A stretch of 64,000 nucleotides of DNA from Eledone cirrhosa (GCA_964016885.1 OZ024761.1:3286001-3350000); one strand, 5' to 3'. Positions 1-15,067 are shown, counted from the stretch's first letter. Made by a program: numbers and translations. The notes: generated by a model from the sequence alone, not told the origin.

Positions 1-845
1 TATATGTGTATGTTTGCGTAGGCCATGCTTGTCCGACCGGATATATGGCGCGACTTAAGCAGCCGTTATAAGGCTTGTGGCGGTATGTATCTAGAAGTGG
101 GTGTGCCTGGGTCCGTGGAAGTGATCAAGAGCGTGTGTGTGTTTATATACATATATGTATGTGTGTGGTGGTCTGTGTGTCTACGCATGTATGCGTCCGT
201 GTGTGTATGCATGCATGTGTCTGTGTCTGCATGTGTGTGTATATATATGTGTGTGTATATTCGTATGTGTGGGTGCTTACTCTGGAGTGTGAACAGACCT
301 GTGAGATACTGAACCCAGCATGACTCCATTTAAATGTGTCGGATGGAAAATGGCTGATGACCCGTGTAGCAGTAAATAGTGACCAGAACTTATGATGACG
401 GAGTAAAAACAGCCAATGGCATGACAAGAGTGGAATAGGTTCTTGTTTTTTTTAGGGTGTTTTTTTATGATAACACCCTAGTGATAAAATTTGCTCCGAA
501 CGAACTACCCGTGTCTGCAAGAACCTGCAGCCGTAGAATCAGCCAGATCCATGCAGGGACCGTGTCTCGAGCTACCTGCCGGCGAAACAATTGTAACACG
601 CAATAAATTAAGTCCAGATGCAGCACTGATTGTTCGTTTTCTTTACACTATATATATATATATATATATAATTACATAAACGGAAAAAGTTAATAGTGAT
701 GCCCCGACCAATTTCCAACTCACTCAACAAACATTAGGAAATACCGGGCCATAATCCCAATTAAACGTTTGGAGTGCTAACTATATTGTATTGTGTGGAT
801 AATTGGGTGTATTATTTTATATGAGATATATAAAAGATCTCATTT

Positions 846-956
846 CCCAAACGAATCGTTTCATTATAAGATTTCTACATTATACCAAGCTATATAGAAA
901 CTTGTGTAAGATCAATGGATTCTTATGAAAGTGGGCCCTTATAAATCTTCAGTGGG
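846..956 (-). ncRNA. Type I hammerhead ribozyme with long stem II
   Basis: Minus strand: CCCA-CTGAAGA-TTTATAAG...CTTATAAT-GAAAC-GATTC-GTT-TGGG; stem I CCCA/TGGG. Confidence 0.75.
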
Positions 957-1369
957 TGCCCGATAATATTAATATTATAACTAAATCAACATCAATATTT
1001 AGCGATAATCACCATCAGTGCTAGAAGGAGCTGTTAGGTTGTAAGTCCTGCAGTTCGAAAGAAAATCTTATACTGTCCCCAAAATGGAAGGTGGAGGCTA
1101 CCGTGAAAAATAATATATATATATATATGTATATATACAAAAATGCAAGTAAAGAGGCAGGCTGTGTGGTTACTGAAACCAAAGTGTAAGATGGTAATAG
1201 GGACGTAAACAAGAGAAGAAAAGTAGCCCTTCATCAGCTGTTTACTACGGATCATAGATGATTAAGGGCCACTTTTCTTTTGTTGTTTATGTCCCTATAT
1301 ATATATATATATATATATATACAGCCGATTTTTCAAAGAAGGACAGAGGAAAAAGATTTAGAGGAAGAT

Positions 1370-1470
1370 TCGACCACAATACTGGACTAGTACTTTATTT
1401 ATCGACCTCGTTAAACGCCAAAATTTACTTCAGCTGGATTTAAAATGAGAGAATAGAGCTGGAAGGAATA
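1370..1470 (-). mobile_element. Degenerate SINE remnant
   Basis: TACTTTATTTATCGACC motif shared with the SINE copy at 6239-6438. Confidence 0.5.
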
Positions 1471-1559
1471 CCTGTTACGTTCTAACTACTACTTCAATTT
1501 GTCACCTACAACAACAACAATAATTATCTCCCCACACCTCATACACAGGCACTCCTACA

Positions 1560-4445
1560 CACACATACAGCATTACCACAACCGCCATCTCACCACCACC
1601 ACCATCTCAACACCACCATCACCTCCACAAATACCACCACCGACACAACTACCACAACCATCTCACCACCACCACTACCACCACCACAGGTTTTCAGTCA
1701 ACTGGAAAAGTCATGCTTCACTTCCTTCCGGTTGGTGGACAGATAAAACATTATATATTTACCTTGGGACGCACCACACCACCTCCACCACCACCACCAC
1801 CACTACCACCACCACATCGCTACCACTACACCACCACCCCACCACCACCACCACCACCACTACCACCACTACCACTACACCACCACACCACCACCATCAC
1901 CACCACCACCATTACCACCACCACCACTACACCACCACCATTACACCACCACCACTACACCAACACCACACCACCACTACCACTACACTACCACCACCAC
2001 CACACCAAAACCACGACTACTACCACCACCACTACACCACCACCACCACTACCACCACCACCAACACTACCACTACACCACCACCACACCACCATCACCA
2101 CCAGCACAGTCACCACTACACCACCACCACTACACCAACACTACACCACACCACCACTACCACCAGCACCACCACTACACCACCACCACCACAGCACCAC
2201 CACCACACCACCACCACACCACACCACCACAACACCACACCACTACACCACCACACTACTGCACCACCACCACCACAACACCATCTCACCATCACCACAA
2301 CACTACTACACCACACCACACCACTACACCACCGCAGCACCACCACCACACTATTACACTACCACCACACCACTACACCACTACCACCACAGCACCACCA
2401 CCGCACCACTACACCACCACCACCACAGCACCACCACCGCACCACAACACTACCACCACACCACTACACCACCACCACACCACTACACCACACCACTACC
2501 ACCACAGCACCACCACCGCACCACTACCACCCCACTAAACCACCACCACCACAACACCATCTCACCATCACCACAACACCACTACACCACACCACACCAC
2601 TACACCACCACCACCACAGCACCACCACCGCACCACTACACTACCACCACACCACTACACCACCACCACACCACTACACCACACCACTACTACCACAGTA
2701 CCACCACCGCACCACTACACCACACCACACCACACAACTACACCACACCACACCACTACACCACCACCACCACAGCACCACCACCGCACCACTACACTAC
2801 CACCACCACCACAACATCATCACCCATCTCACCATCACCACAACACCATCACCCATCTCACCATCACCACAACACCACTACACCACACCACTACACCACC
2901 ACCACCACAGCACCACCACCACACCACTACACCACCACCACACCACTACACCACCACCACCACAACACCACTACACCACACCACACCAGTACACCACCAC
3001 CACCACAGCACCACCGCCGCACCACTACACTACCACCACACCACTACACCACCACCACCACAACACCATCTCACCATCACCACAACACCACTACACCACA
3101 CTACACCACTACACCACCACCACCACAGCACCACCACCACACCACTACACCACCACCACCATAACACCATCTCACCATCACCACAACACCACTACACCAC
3201 ACCACACCACACCAGTACACCACCACCACCACAGCACCACCGCCGCACCACTACACTACCACCACACCACTACACCACCACCACCACAACACCATCTCAC
3301 CATCACCACAACACCACTACACCACACTACACCACTACACCACCACCACCACCACAGCACCACCGCCGCACCATTACACTATCACCACACCACTACACCA
3401 TCACCACCACAGCACCACCACCGCACCACTACACTACCACCATACCACTACACCATCACCACCACGACACCATCTCACCATCACCACAACACCACTACAC
3501 CACACCACACCACTACACCACCACCACCACAGCACCACCACCGCACCACTACACTACCACCACACCACTACACCATCACCACCACGACACCATCTCACCA
3601 TCACCACAACACCAGTACACCACAACACACCACTACACCACCACCACCACAGCACTACACTACACTACAACCACACCACTACACCACCACCACCACAACG
3701 CCATCTCACCATCACCACAACACCACTACACCACACCACACCACTACACCACACCACACCACTACACCACCACCACCACAGCACCACCACCGCACCACTA
3801 CACTACCACCACACCACTACACTACCACCACCACCACAACACCATCACCCATCTCACCATCACCACAACACCATCACCCATCTCACCATCACCACAACAC
3901 CACTACATCACACCACACCACTACACCACCACCACCACAGCACCACCACCACACCACTACACCACCACCACCATAACACCATCTCACCATCACCACAACA
4001 CCACTACACCACACCACACCAGTACACCACCACCACCACAGCACCACCGCCGCACCACTACACTACCACCACACCACTACACCACCACCACCACAACACC
4101 ATCTCACCATCACCACAACACCACTACACCACACCACACCACTACACCACCACCACAGCACCACCGCCGCACCACTACACTATCACCACACCACTACACC
4201 ATCACCACCACAGCACCACCACCGCACCACTACACTACCACCATACCACTACACCATCACCACCACGACACCATCTCACCATCACCACAACACCACTACA
4301 CCACACCACACCACTACACCACCACCACCACAGCACCACCGCCGCACCACTACACCACCACCACACCACTACACCACCACCACCACTACACCATCTCACC
4401 ATCACCACATCACAACACCACCACCAACTTCACCACACCACCCCC
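1560..4445. repeat. CAC/ACC/ACT-rich low-complexity tandem array with higher-order duplication
   Basis: Recurring CACCACCACAGCACCACC and CCATCTCACCATCACCACAAC units. Confidence 0.95.
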
Positions 4446-4946
4446 GCCATGTCATGTAGTAATGTCGCTGATTCGATGATTGAGTGATTGGGTTATGTAA
4501 TCGAACCATGTCATGGTTTTATGAGAGAGGGGGGTGAGAGGGGGAGGGGAGGATGGCAGTAAGAGAGAGAAAGTGAGAGAAAGAACGAGTGTGAGAGAAG
4601 GTGAGAGAGAGTGTGGGGAGAGTGAGATGATATAACATGGTAGATTATAAGATCGAAGTCTCCGGTAATGGAAATTTTGATTGGTTATTGATGAACTAAT
4701 CAGAATAACTGACCTGCTATGATGTATATGTATGGCTGCACATATATATATTATATATTATAAAATAACAGGAGGCTGGACTGGTGTATATCCATATGGA
4801 ATGACCAGTTCTATCCAGTGGTGAACCAACAAACCTAAATAAATATATATATATATATATATACGTTATTCCGGGTTGAATCGGAGGTAACCACAGTAAG
4901 TAAGGTACTCAATACATAGCAGAGTATAACAGTTTTAATATAGATG

Positions 4947-4997
4947 AGATTCTACAGGACTAGAACTGTTTCATTCATTAGAAATCATCAGGAATCT
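4947..4997 (-). ncRNA. Type I hammerhead ribozyme
   Basis: Reverse complement of 5659-5709. Confidence 0.85.
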
Positions 4998-5658
4998 GGG
5001 TATCAAAAAATAAATATGGTATTTATAGGTCTCTACAAGTGGTAGGAGAGGGTGGGGAGTTGGATGGGTGCAGGTCATTGGTTGATAGAAAAGGGAATTC
5101 ATTAAAAGCTAATTCTACAAAGCTATAGTTAATTTTTATTTTTATTTATATTTATTTATGTTTTTAGAGTAACAAAGGCAGACAGAATTCTATAAACAGG
5201 TTCCGGATGGCATACCATTCCTTGTCAATAAGTTTCTCTTAAGCTAACAGATGTCTATAAAATCAGTGGGGGGGTCAGTCAAGCTCGATAGAATTAAAGA
5301 AGAGGGAGATTCTTTAAAAGCTAAAGTCATTAAGGTTCTACTAAGTGACAAAGGTCTAGGGAATTCTGCAGACAGATTCAAAATACTGAGTGCATATCTT
5401 ACTATTATCTTCGAACTTCTCTTAAACTAATCAACAATATGCCAAAATCAACAGACACATTCACAAAAAAACAAAAAAACAAAAAAAACAAAAAAACAGA
5501 AAAACAAAAAAACACACATGAAAAACAAAAAAACACACATACTCACTCACACACTTACGCGCAACCATAAACACACACACAAACACATATACACACATAA
5601 AAACACACACCTACCACTTGTAGAGACCTATAAATACCATATTTATTTTTTGATACCC

Positions 5659-5709
5659 AGATTCCTGATGATTTCTAATGAATGAAACAGTTCTAGTCCT
5701 GTAGAATCT
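5659..5709 (+). ncRNA. Type I hammerhead ribozyme
   Basis: AGATTC-CTGATGA-TTTCTAATGAAT-GAAACAG-TTCTAGTC-CTGTA-GAATCT; stems I and III pair; GUA cleavage triplet. Confidence 0.9.
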
Positions 5710-5855
5710 CATCTATATTAAAACTATATATATATATATATATATGTATGTAAATATATATATGTATGTATAATATATATATGTATGTAAATAAAATATT
5801 AAAAAAATAATGAATAAAACAATGAAACAGTTCCTTATATTAAACAAAAAAAGTT

Positions 5856-6003
5856 CATTATTTAACGATCGTTTCTAGGATATATGTGTTAGAATTGGCA
5901 TGCATATTCAACAGATCTATGTACAAAATTATACAAAATTATACAAACTATCAAAATTAAATATACATACCAACACATATATATGCCGTCTTCAGAAATA
6001 ATA
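5856..6003 (-). ncRNA. Type I hammerhead with ~110-nt stem II
   Basis: Minus: TATTT-CTGAAGA-CGGCATATATATGTGTTGG...ACACATATATCCTA-GAAAC-GATC-GTT-AAATA; homolog at 15175-15312. Confidence 0.75.
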
Positions 6004-6238
6004 ATAATAATAACACTACCGTAAACTCTTGGTAGATTTATCTACATATGTATGTAAATATATATATGTATGTATAATATATATATGTATGTAAATATAT
6101 ATATGTATGTATAATATATATAAATATATATATCCAGGGAGTGTAACAGGAAGTTACTGTAGGTTCACCCAAGTGAGCACTCGCTGTTTAGGTTGACGTC
6201 AGTAGCGGAGTGTAGAGCTAAACAGAGTGTAGTATAAT

Positions 6239-6438
6239 AATTATTTCTACTTTTGGCACAATGCCAGCAATAACCCAGTACATTACTGGTACTTTATTTT
6301 ATCGACCCCGTAAGGCCGTAAGGATGAAAGGCAAAGTTAACCTCGGCGGGATTTGAACTCAGACCATAAAGCGCCGTAACTCTATGCTGCAAAGCATGGC
6401 GTCCGACCCTCTACCGATACTGCCAATCCACCGCCCTT
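6239..6438 (-). mobile_element. tRNA-derived SINE
   Basis: Minus: GGGCGGTGGATTGGCAGTATCGG (A-box-like), GAGTTCAAATCC (B box), core GCCTTTCATCCTTACGG...GTCGATAAAATAAAGTACCAG; about 10 copies in the window. Confidence 0.9.
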
Positions 6439-7008
6439 GTAGTATAATAATACAGTTGTATAACAACTGCCTCACGTGTTATCTTCAGACAAATATCCAA
6501 ACAAGATGTAAAGTTCCGTTGTTATGTTACCGGTCATACGTGTTATTGTCTTCACCGACCAGTAAGCATGTCCGAATTTCTCAAGTAACAGTTCTTATAT
6601 ATGTGGGAGATAGTTGTTCCAATTGACGTTGCTGATTGTAAACTGGCTAGGGTATCAAGTTACCATATTGATCGCTTCATTCGTAGTAAGGAATGAAGGA
6701 ACTGTTAATCTTTTTTTTTTTTTTATATGTATTCCTATATATATATATGAAAAGTATATATTGAGTTAGAAACTCAGAATAGTCCCTTACAATTAAAATA
6801 TCTCAAGGAAAACATTTTCCGAGCAGTGTAATATAATTTAATATAATAAAGAGAGCTAAACAAAGATATATAAATATATGTGTTCAAATCAAAATGGACC
6901 TAATTCGCTAGGGTGAATAATATACTAACTCTGGACAATACGGTTTGCCAGACTCAATTAAAAGAATAAATTAAGAAAAAGTACAAACCAATTGTGATAA
7001 CCATCAAA

Positions 7009-7073
7009 TACCTAGACAGCCTGTTTCGCATCAAGTGAGGGAATTACCAATTCTATTGCTCTTCGGTGGATGT
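7009..7073 (-). ncRNA. Variant or degenerate hammerhead (CCGAAGA core)
   Basis: Minus: ACATCCA-CCGAAGA-GCA...TGC-GAAACAG-G-CTGTC-TAGGTAT, downstream of the Penelope remnant. Confidence 0.55.
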
Positions 7074-8417
7074 AAAAAATTAGTAGACCCTTCACTTCTA
7101 AGTTTCTGGTCCCTTATAATTTGAACACATTATGTATATATCTGTGTTTATCTCTCTTTATTATATTAAATTGTATTATATATATTTTTATATATATATT
7201 TCTGGACTAGATTTTATTCACTTAGATATGAATTTTAATTTTAGATATTTGTACTTTGATGATGATATTACAATCTATATATTAATGAATGGTTAATTAA
7301 TTATTTGGTAGTCTATTTAACATTATTTACTGAACTTTTAATTATATACTCTACGAAGTGTCTTATTAATTTTGTGTAAACAAGAATTAAAAATTTCAGA
7401 GCCTTTGTTAATAATTTTATGCCTACTATATATGATGTATAGAGTCTCTGTAGTAGAGAGGTCACACCCCTTAGATATAGATCCATTTATATATGGAAAA
7501 GCATGTGAGAGTATTGAAAGGAGTATTGAAAGCAAGAAAGGGAGTATTCGACTTTATAATTTTAGCGACCAAATCAGTTCCGACAGGGCTGTACTAGATC
7601 TTCTGACAGCTCTTTTAAATGAGTGGCGATGGTTGTAGCACCTTTCCTTAAATCTAGTAGAAGTTGCACCAATATATCAATAAGTCTTACTACTCGTTGT
7701 TACTTTACATTCATAAAAAATATTTTTATCTAAACAATTGTTTTTCATTGGGCAACTATTATGATTTCAGCAATTACAATTATTTACGTTACCATTCATA
7801 GTTCCCTCTCTGTGTCTGTGTGTCGGTTGGTTTATCTCACCTATGTTAATGGTGTTATTCCTGTTATTCAAGTTGCTGTTACTCTATCAGTGTTTCTGTG
7901 CTGGTTATTGTGAGTTATCTCTTTATGTTTAAATCCCAGATTTCTATTATTAATCTTCGCTATATTCTGGGCTATGCTTTTGGTTTATTTGTGTGTCAGT
8001 TAAAGATTTGACTGTATTTATGTGATCTAGGAAAACATTTATCTCATGTGTTAAAAAAAAGCCTTGCATCGTTTTTTTTGTAGTCCAAAGGAGTGGGGTG
8101 GATTGTACCACAGAACGGAGCGGGATCTAACCCTCTTATTTCACTGTATGGTGGTATTTGAGTTATATCTATTTGGAGCCGGGTTTGTCCCGTCTCTGTT
8201 GTTTTGGGTTCGAGTACCCCTAATATTTCCATTACCGTTAATTGTGTGTATGTTAGTGTTTATGTCAATGGTTTGTCTGTGTCTATGAGTAAGTGTGTAA
8301 TTGTTTCTATTTATATACATATACTCAATTTTGTCCTGGTAACCTGCTCTAGCTAATACATTATTATAGTAGCTAGCCTTACAATCAAAGATTTCCTTAT
8401 TAGCTGAGAGTCTAAAC

Positions 8418-8702
8418 CAATCACGGGCAACCTGCGGCCCGCGAAGCTTTCTGAATGGCCCGCCTAAGTCACCTAAGTGAAATCTTTCTCATTTTTTTAC
8501 CCCAACTTTTCAGTCGTAATTTATCTTTCTTTCATTTTTACGATCGAGGAAAACAACGTGTACGAATTCTGAAGAAACAAATCAAAACAACCTGAGTTAC
8601 CACCCTTTTTTAATGTGGGCACGAATGTAAATTAGCGGTTCCAGCCCACCTGATGATGAGCCATATTCAGCCGGCTTCTCGAAAAAAGGTTGCCCATGCC
8701 TG
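8418..8702. mobile_element. hAT (Charlie-like) MITE inserted in the Penelope ORF remnant
   Basis: TIRs CAATCACGGGCAACC / CAGGCATGGGCAACC; 8-bp TSD GTCTAAAC / GTCTAGAT; removing it restores the ISRLSANK frame. Confidence 0.85.
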
Positions 8703-9018
8703 GTCTAGATATTCTCTGTTCTACACTTTTGACTATGGCCTTTTTAACATTTCTAGGGTGGTCTGAGAAGTAGCTAACATAATTGAGGCTTTCATTTAAT
8801 TTGTGGCAGATTTCTTTAGCAATAAATGGCGATGTCAATGGCTACTATGTATTGTGTCATCAAATAACTACATACCTTTAAGTCAACAGCAGCTGACAAG
8901 GTGAATGGTCATTAAAGCATCTAAATGTCCTGCGGGATAACTTGAGTTAAATATTCCATATTTTCTTTGTGTGGAATATTTGAGTTCCATACGTTGTTTA
9001 ATTCACTTGAGGGGGTTA

Positions 9019-9095
<77 letters not shown>

Positions 9096-9249
9096 TAGAA
9101 TTGTAGCTCTGAAATAGCAATATATATATGGATGTATATATAATGTATTTTGCAATACACTTTATGCTTAATTAAAATCATTTTGAAGACCGTAAGCTAT
9201 TGTTTTAAAGTAGTGACAAATTCACTCACTTCGATCTCAGCAAACTGTT

Positions 9250-10429
<1,180 letters not shown>

Positions 10430-10464
10430 TAAAATATATTTTGATTACGTTGAATGTCTATATT

Positions 10465-10576
10465 TATTAATATTTTGAATTAATATTAATAACTCAAGAA
10501 AACCTACGGTTGAGTGCTTCTAATCCATTGTAAACTATATTCATTGATTAATCAATGAACCTTGTTTAACTTTTGG

Positions 10577-10614
<38 letters not shown>

Positions 10615-10932
10615 CCAAAGATTAATATGGTTCGTTGATTACTCAACGAATACAATATTACAATAGATTAGAAGCACTCGACAAAAGATTTTCGTGGAGT
10701 TTTTAATATTATTCAAAATGTTAATAAATGAAAAATATTCTCATATTCAAAATATATATTTTATTATACATATTTCAAAGGTACAATGGTGTTTAAGTAC
10801 ATTTTCATCAGACACAAATCATATATTTTGTCTGATGAGAACGTATTTAAACACCATTGTACCTTTGAAATATGTATAATAAAATATATATTTCGATTAT
10901 GAGAATATTTTTCATTTATTAACATTTTGAAT
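10465..10932. mobile_element. Palindromic Penelope-derived element (family C) with back-to-back hammerheads
   Basis: 10710-10816 inverted against 10825-10932; second inversion 10470-10577 / 10613-10710 around a (TA)n tract. Confidence 0.8.
10821..10889 (+). ncRNA. Type I hammerhead (mirror copy at 10755-10816, minus)
   Basis: TATATTTTGT-CTGATGA-...-GAAA-TATGTATA-ATAAAATATA. Confidence 0.75.
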
Positions 10933-10969
10933 TATATATATGTGTGTGTGTGAGTGTGAGTGTGAGTGC

Positions 10970-11051
<82 letters not shown>

Positions 11052-11302
11052 ATATGTATGTATGCGTGTGTTGTGCTAACGACATATAACAACGCCCGGA
11101 GATGCAACAGATACATGCGTAGCTAGAACGAAGTTTGGGATCGGCAGCGTTCAGATATTACCTCGGCTATAACCGCCAATTTTCGGTAGGTTTCGGAATC
11201 TGCATTGATTAAACGTCAGGCAAGGTTTGAGAGTAAATAGAAACTCTGGAACTGTCTCTAGGCAATGTTTCGTTACTTGGCTGACTCTTGAATAAATATA
11301 TG

Positions 11303-11362
<60 letters not shown>

Positions 11363-11444
11363 AACGAGTAGGACCCCGACGGCTGAGCTCAAGCCGTTTC
11401 GACGGCTAATTCTGGCCATCTGGTTCCTTACCACATTTCCTTCG

Positions 11445-11482
<38 letters not shown>

Positions 11483-11580
11483 GTAGGTCCCGGGTTGAGT
11501 CGGGGATAACCACAGTAAGTAAGGTACTCAATACATGGCAGAGTAAATTTTTTTTTTTTTTTTTTTAAATTTTATAGAAG

Positions 11581-11633
11581 GAGCTTCTACAGGACTAGTA
11601 CTGTTTCATTCAGATGAAATCTTCAGGAAGCTC
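11581..11633 (-). ncRNA. Type I hammerhead in a family A fragment (11485-11633)
   Basis: Minus: GAGCTTC-CTGAAGA-TTTCATCTGAAT-GAAACAG-TACTAGTC-CTGTA-GAAGCTC; compensatory stem I change relative to 5659. Confidence 0.9.
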
Positions 11634-11763
11634 ATATATATATATAGAGAGATATATATAGATATATACACACATGTATATGTATGTACATATATATATG
11701 TGGGGGGGGGGGGCGTACACACATGTGTAAACAATATTATATATAAATATATATACATATGTG

Positions 11764-11796
<33 letters not shown>

Positions 11797-12297
11797 ATGA
11801 GTGTCTGTGTGTGTGTATGTGTGTGTGTGTAGGTGTATGTGTGTGTATATATGTGTGTGTGTGTGTATGTATGTCTGTATGTGTGTGATTGTGTGTATAT
11901 GTGTATGCGTGTGATTGTGTGCGTATGTGTGTGTATGTATATGTATGTGTATGTGTGTGTATGTATATGTATGTATATGTATATGTATGTGTGTGTATAT
12001 GTATGTATGTGTGTATGTATGTGTATGTGTGTTTACTATTTCTGCTTGTCTTTGTCGTGTATCATGGCTGTTTGTAATATTGATCTAAGAAATATACACC
12101 GAGGTCAATATTTACAAGTAAATCTCTTGAAAGTTCTGCCCCAGTATGGCCGTAGTTTTACTGACTGAAACCAGTAAAAAATAGATGTATGTATATATGT
12201 GTGTGTATGCATGTGTGTATGTGTGTATATTTAATCAGAACACGACCTACTTTTTCACCGTTCCTTCCTTTTTCATCATCTTTGATTTCTCATTCTA

Positions 12298-12333
12298 TCT
12301 TCTGATGAAAGGCTTTTGTCTGAAACGTAAAGA
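12298..12333 (+). ncRNA. Minimal type I hammerhead
   Basis: TCTT-CTGATGA-AAGGCTTTTGTCT-GAAACGTA-AAGA. Confidence 0.8.
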
Positions 12334-12401
12334 AGCTTTCCTACTAGATCAAGCACTAAACTAAAATATTTCTTCATCGTACCCTGCGGATTGCTTTGTT
12401 G

Positions 12402-12470
<69 letters not shown>

Positions 12471-12589
12471 TGAATACACTATATACAACTATAAACATGA
12501 AAGGTTAGTAATTTATTACTACGTTATTTATTATCAGTAAGAAAAAATAGCTCAATGTAAGAACATCAGATGTTTTACAGAGCCGGAAT

Positions 12590-14740
12590 ATAAATTACAC
12601 AAATATCAAAGCTATGTTCAAATCATTTTATTGCTGACAATCGTTTCTTCCAAACTATCGTTTGGAATCATCGGAGCAGTAGCAATGTTTGTACATATAA
12701 TTAACCTCTTATTCAACTGAACAATCATATAGATACATGGATATTAATGTTGTCAACAGTTTCGTATTTACAAGGTGAAATGGATGCGACATAGATTACA
12801 AGAGAATAGTGCAATAATTAAAATTAAAAATTACAAATTACAAATTATAAAGGTACAGAGTGAAATGCAAGCGACAGAGATTATAAGGGAATAGTATAAC
12901 AATTAAAGAGGCATTAAGGTTGAAATTTACTCGTAAAACGAGGACACTAGCAGTACATATGCAAGCGTTAAGAGAGTGCAAAAGCATTAGTCATATATAG
13001 CGAGGAAACAAGCAATATAATTAGGCATATATAATTTTAATGGGAGATAGTAGATTGGGCCGCATCGTATAAACCACCAAATAAATTATGTAACCTCTGC
13101 TTTCTAGAGACCCGAACAATAATCTATTCTAAGCTAGACCTCCTAAATAGAAAGTCAGAGATTTTTCAATGTGCCAGCACAACCACAGACACTCTTTTAA
13201 TAGCTTTAAACCTAGCTGCTAATATATAACAATATCAGATCTGAATTCCTCACCACTATTAACACCTCACCTCTAGGTATTATCGGCATAGAAGTACCCG
13301 CACAGCATCTCACTCTTTGATCAGCTCATCACTCTACTTAACTCCTTTTTTTTATCTAACTTTATACTATACAATAAATATTTAGAATAAACACAAAGCT
13401 AACACCATTTAATATAACCACTATAGCTTGCTTATATTATATTCAGTAATGGATTGATAATAATATGATGAGACACTCAATGTAGTATAGAAAAATAAAT
13501 TATATTTCTAATTAAATATATAAATTAATAGCATTATATATATGGGATTCACTTATAACATAATATAATTGTTTCTACGTTAGGCCCAAAGCCAGCAATT
13601 ATCCAGTGCATTACTGGTACTTTATTTTATCGACCCCGTAAGGATGAAAGGCAAAGTTAACCTTGGCGGGTTATTAGCACAAGAGATTTAACTAATTAGA
13701 CCTGTAAACAACTATACATTTTGTTCCTGTAACTTTCTTATACTTTATTAGTAATGAATAGATAACAATATAATAAGACCTTTAATGTATTATAGGAAAA
13801 TAAATTATATTCAAAATTAAATATAAACTAATAGCATTATATAAAAGGGATTCACTTGTAATATAGTGGATATCAACAAAAAGATTTTAGCAGATTGGAG
13901 CTCTAAACAACTTTACATTTTTCTAATTCCTATCATATACAATGTAATCGTTAGTTACCTCCCCTTTCGTATTAACTCCCCTTAATATAGATCAAACTCA
14001 CTTCCGGAAATTAAACCGTTAGTAAACTCACTCCACAGAAACTTGAAACCCTGATAGCAATATAGTAGGATCGGTGTACAATCCATGGCTGTGACTGATT
14101 AAAAACATTCACTAAAATAAAAGATAGCCAATGTAATGGAAAAGATAACAATGACATTGATACTCTCAGCACATATACATTTGAACATTACAGAAACAAC
14201 AGTCACACTACATCCACCATAAAGCCATAGTTTTAATACAAAAACAGCTTTGCCTGATATGCTTATTTCATGTAATACCTTTGCCTTGCAAAAAATTATA
14301 TATGCCTAATACCATTGCTTGTTTCCTTCCTATATATGACTATTGCATTTGCACTCTCTTAACACTTGCATATGTACTGCTAGTGTCCTCGTTTTACGAG
14401 TAACTTTCTACCTTAATGCCTCTTTAATTGTTATACTACTCCCTTATAATCTCTGTCGCTTGCATTCCACTCTGTACCTTTATAATTTTTAATTTTTAAT
14501 TTGTAATTTTAATTATTGTACAATTCTCTTGTAACCTATGTCGCATCCATTTCACCTTGTAAATACGAAACTGTTGACAACATTAATATCCATGTATCTA
14601 TATGATTGTTCAGTTGAATAAGAGGTTAATTATATGTACAAACATTGCTACTGCTCCGATGATTCCAAACGATAGTTTGGAACAAACGATTGTCAGCATT
14701 TAAATGATTTGAACATAGCTTTGATTATTGTGTAATTTAT
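12590..14740. mobile_element. Penelope-derived element with ~450-bp inverted arms (family B)
   Basis: 12590-13038 is the reverse complement of 14292-14740; hammerheads at 12631-12679 (-) and 14651-14698 (+, GAAA mutated to CAAA); SINE fragment at 13568-13670 inside the spacer. Confidence 0.8.
12631..12679 (-). ncRNA. Hammerhead with CCGAUGA core
   Basis: Minus: TGCT-CCGATGA-TTCCAAAC-GATA-GTTTGGAA-GAAAC-GATT-GTC-AGCA. Confidence 0.8.
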
Positions 14741-15067
14741 ATATATATATATATATATATAATCTGAGTTTTTCGAATATTAATAACATTTCATTCGTTA
14801 GCAATTATGCAAACAAGCCTCATTTTTAAAGCCATGTCAGTAGAATGAACCCTTCATTCTCGCTCTTGTGTTGGCATGTAAACAGAACTGCAGACACTTA
14901 TGTTTCTGGGTATTACCCTTGTTCAGTACAGCTCACTATTCACCTGCCAACTGTCAGAGCTAGTGAAAATATATGCTACTTTCTAAAATATACAGTGACT
15001 GATCGGCCTGATTTGCATATTAGCAGACTGGCTGATCAGTCAGATCTATATATTAGCAGATCCACTG

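Larger units (their letters stand above)
4865..5727. mobile_element. Non-coding Penelope-derived element with inverted truncated end (family A)
   Basis: 4931-5046 is the reverse complement of 5610-5726; both arms carry a hammerhead; flanked by (TA)n; related copies at 11485, 46520, 63178. Confidence 0.8.
6750..8825 (-). pseudogene. Decayed Penelope-like element (RT thumb to GIY-YIG, 3' UTR, pLTR)
   Basis: Fragments HKLNESLNYVSYFSDHPRNVKKAIV, RLSANKEIFDCKASYYNNVLARAGY, WYNPPHS, CPMKNNCLDKNIFYECKV..YIGATSTRFKER, IINKGSEIFNSCLH are collinear with the intact ORF at 36813-39266. Confidence 0.9.

Noticed and set aside
335-600. CTGATGA at ~354 and GAAAC-AATT-GTA at 584-595
   Set aside because: Could not assemble consistent stems I and II; at most a decayed hammerhead
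1197-1298. Short inverted repeat containing minus-strand CTGATGA
   Set aside because: No matching GAAA/stem III found, so it was not counted as a ribozyme
1499-3976. 825-aa His/Thr/Pro-rich ORF
   Set aside because: Translation of a CAC/ACT repeat that lacks stop codons; open in several frames
7765-7772. In-frame TGA in CNC*N of the decayed Penelope
   Set aside because: Aligns with Arg (CNCR), consistent with CGA>TGA deamination in a copy with other lesions; not a Sec candidate
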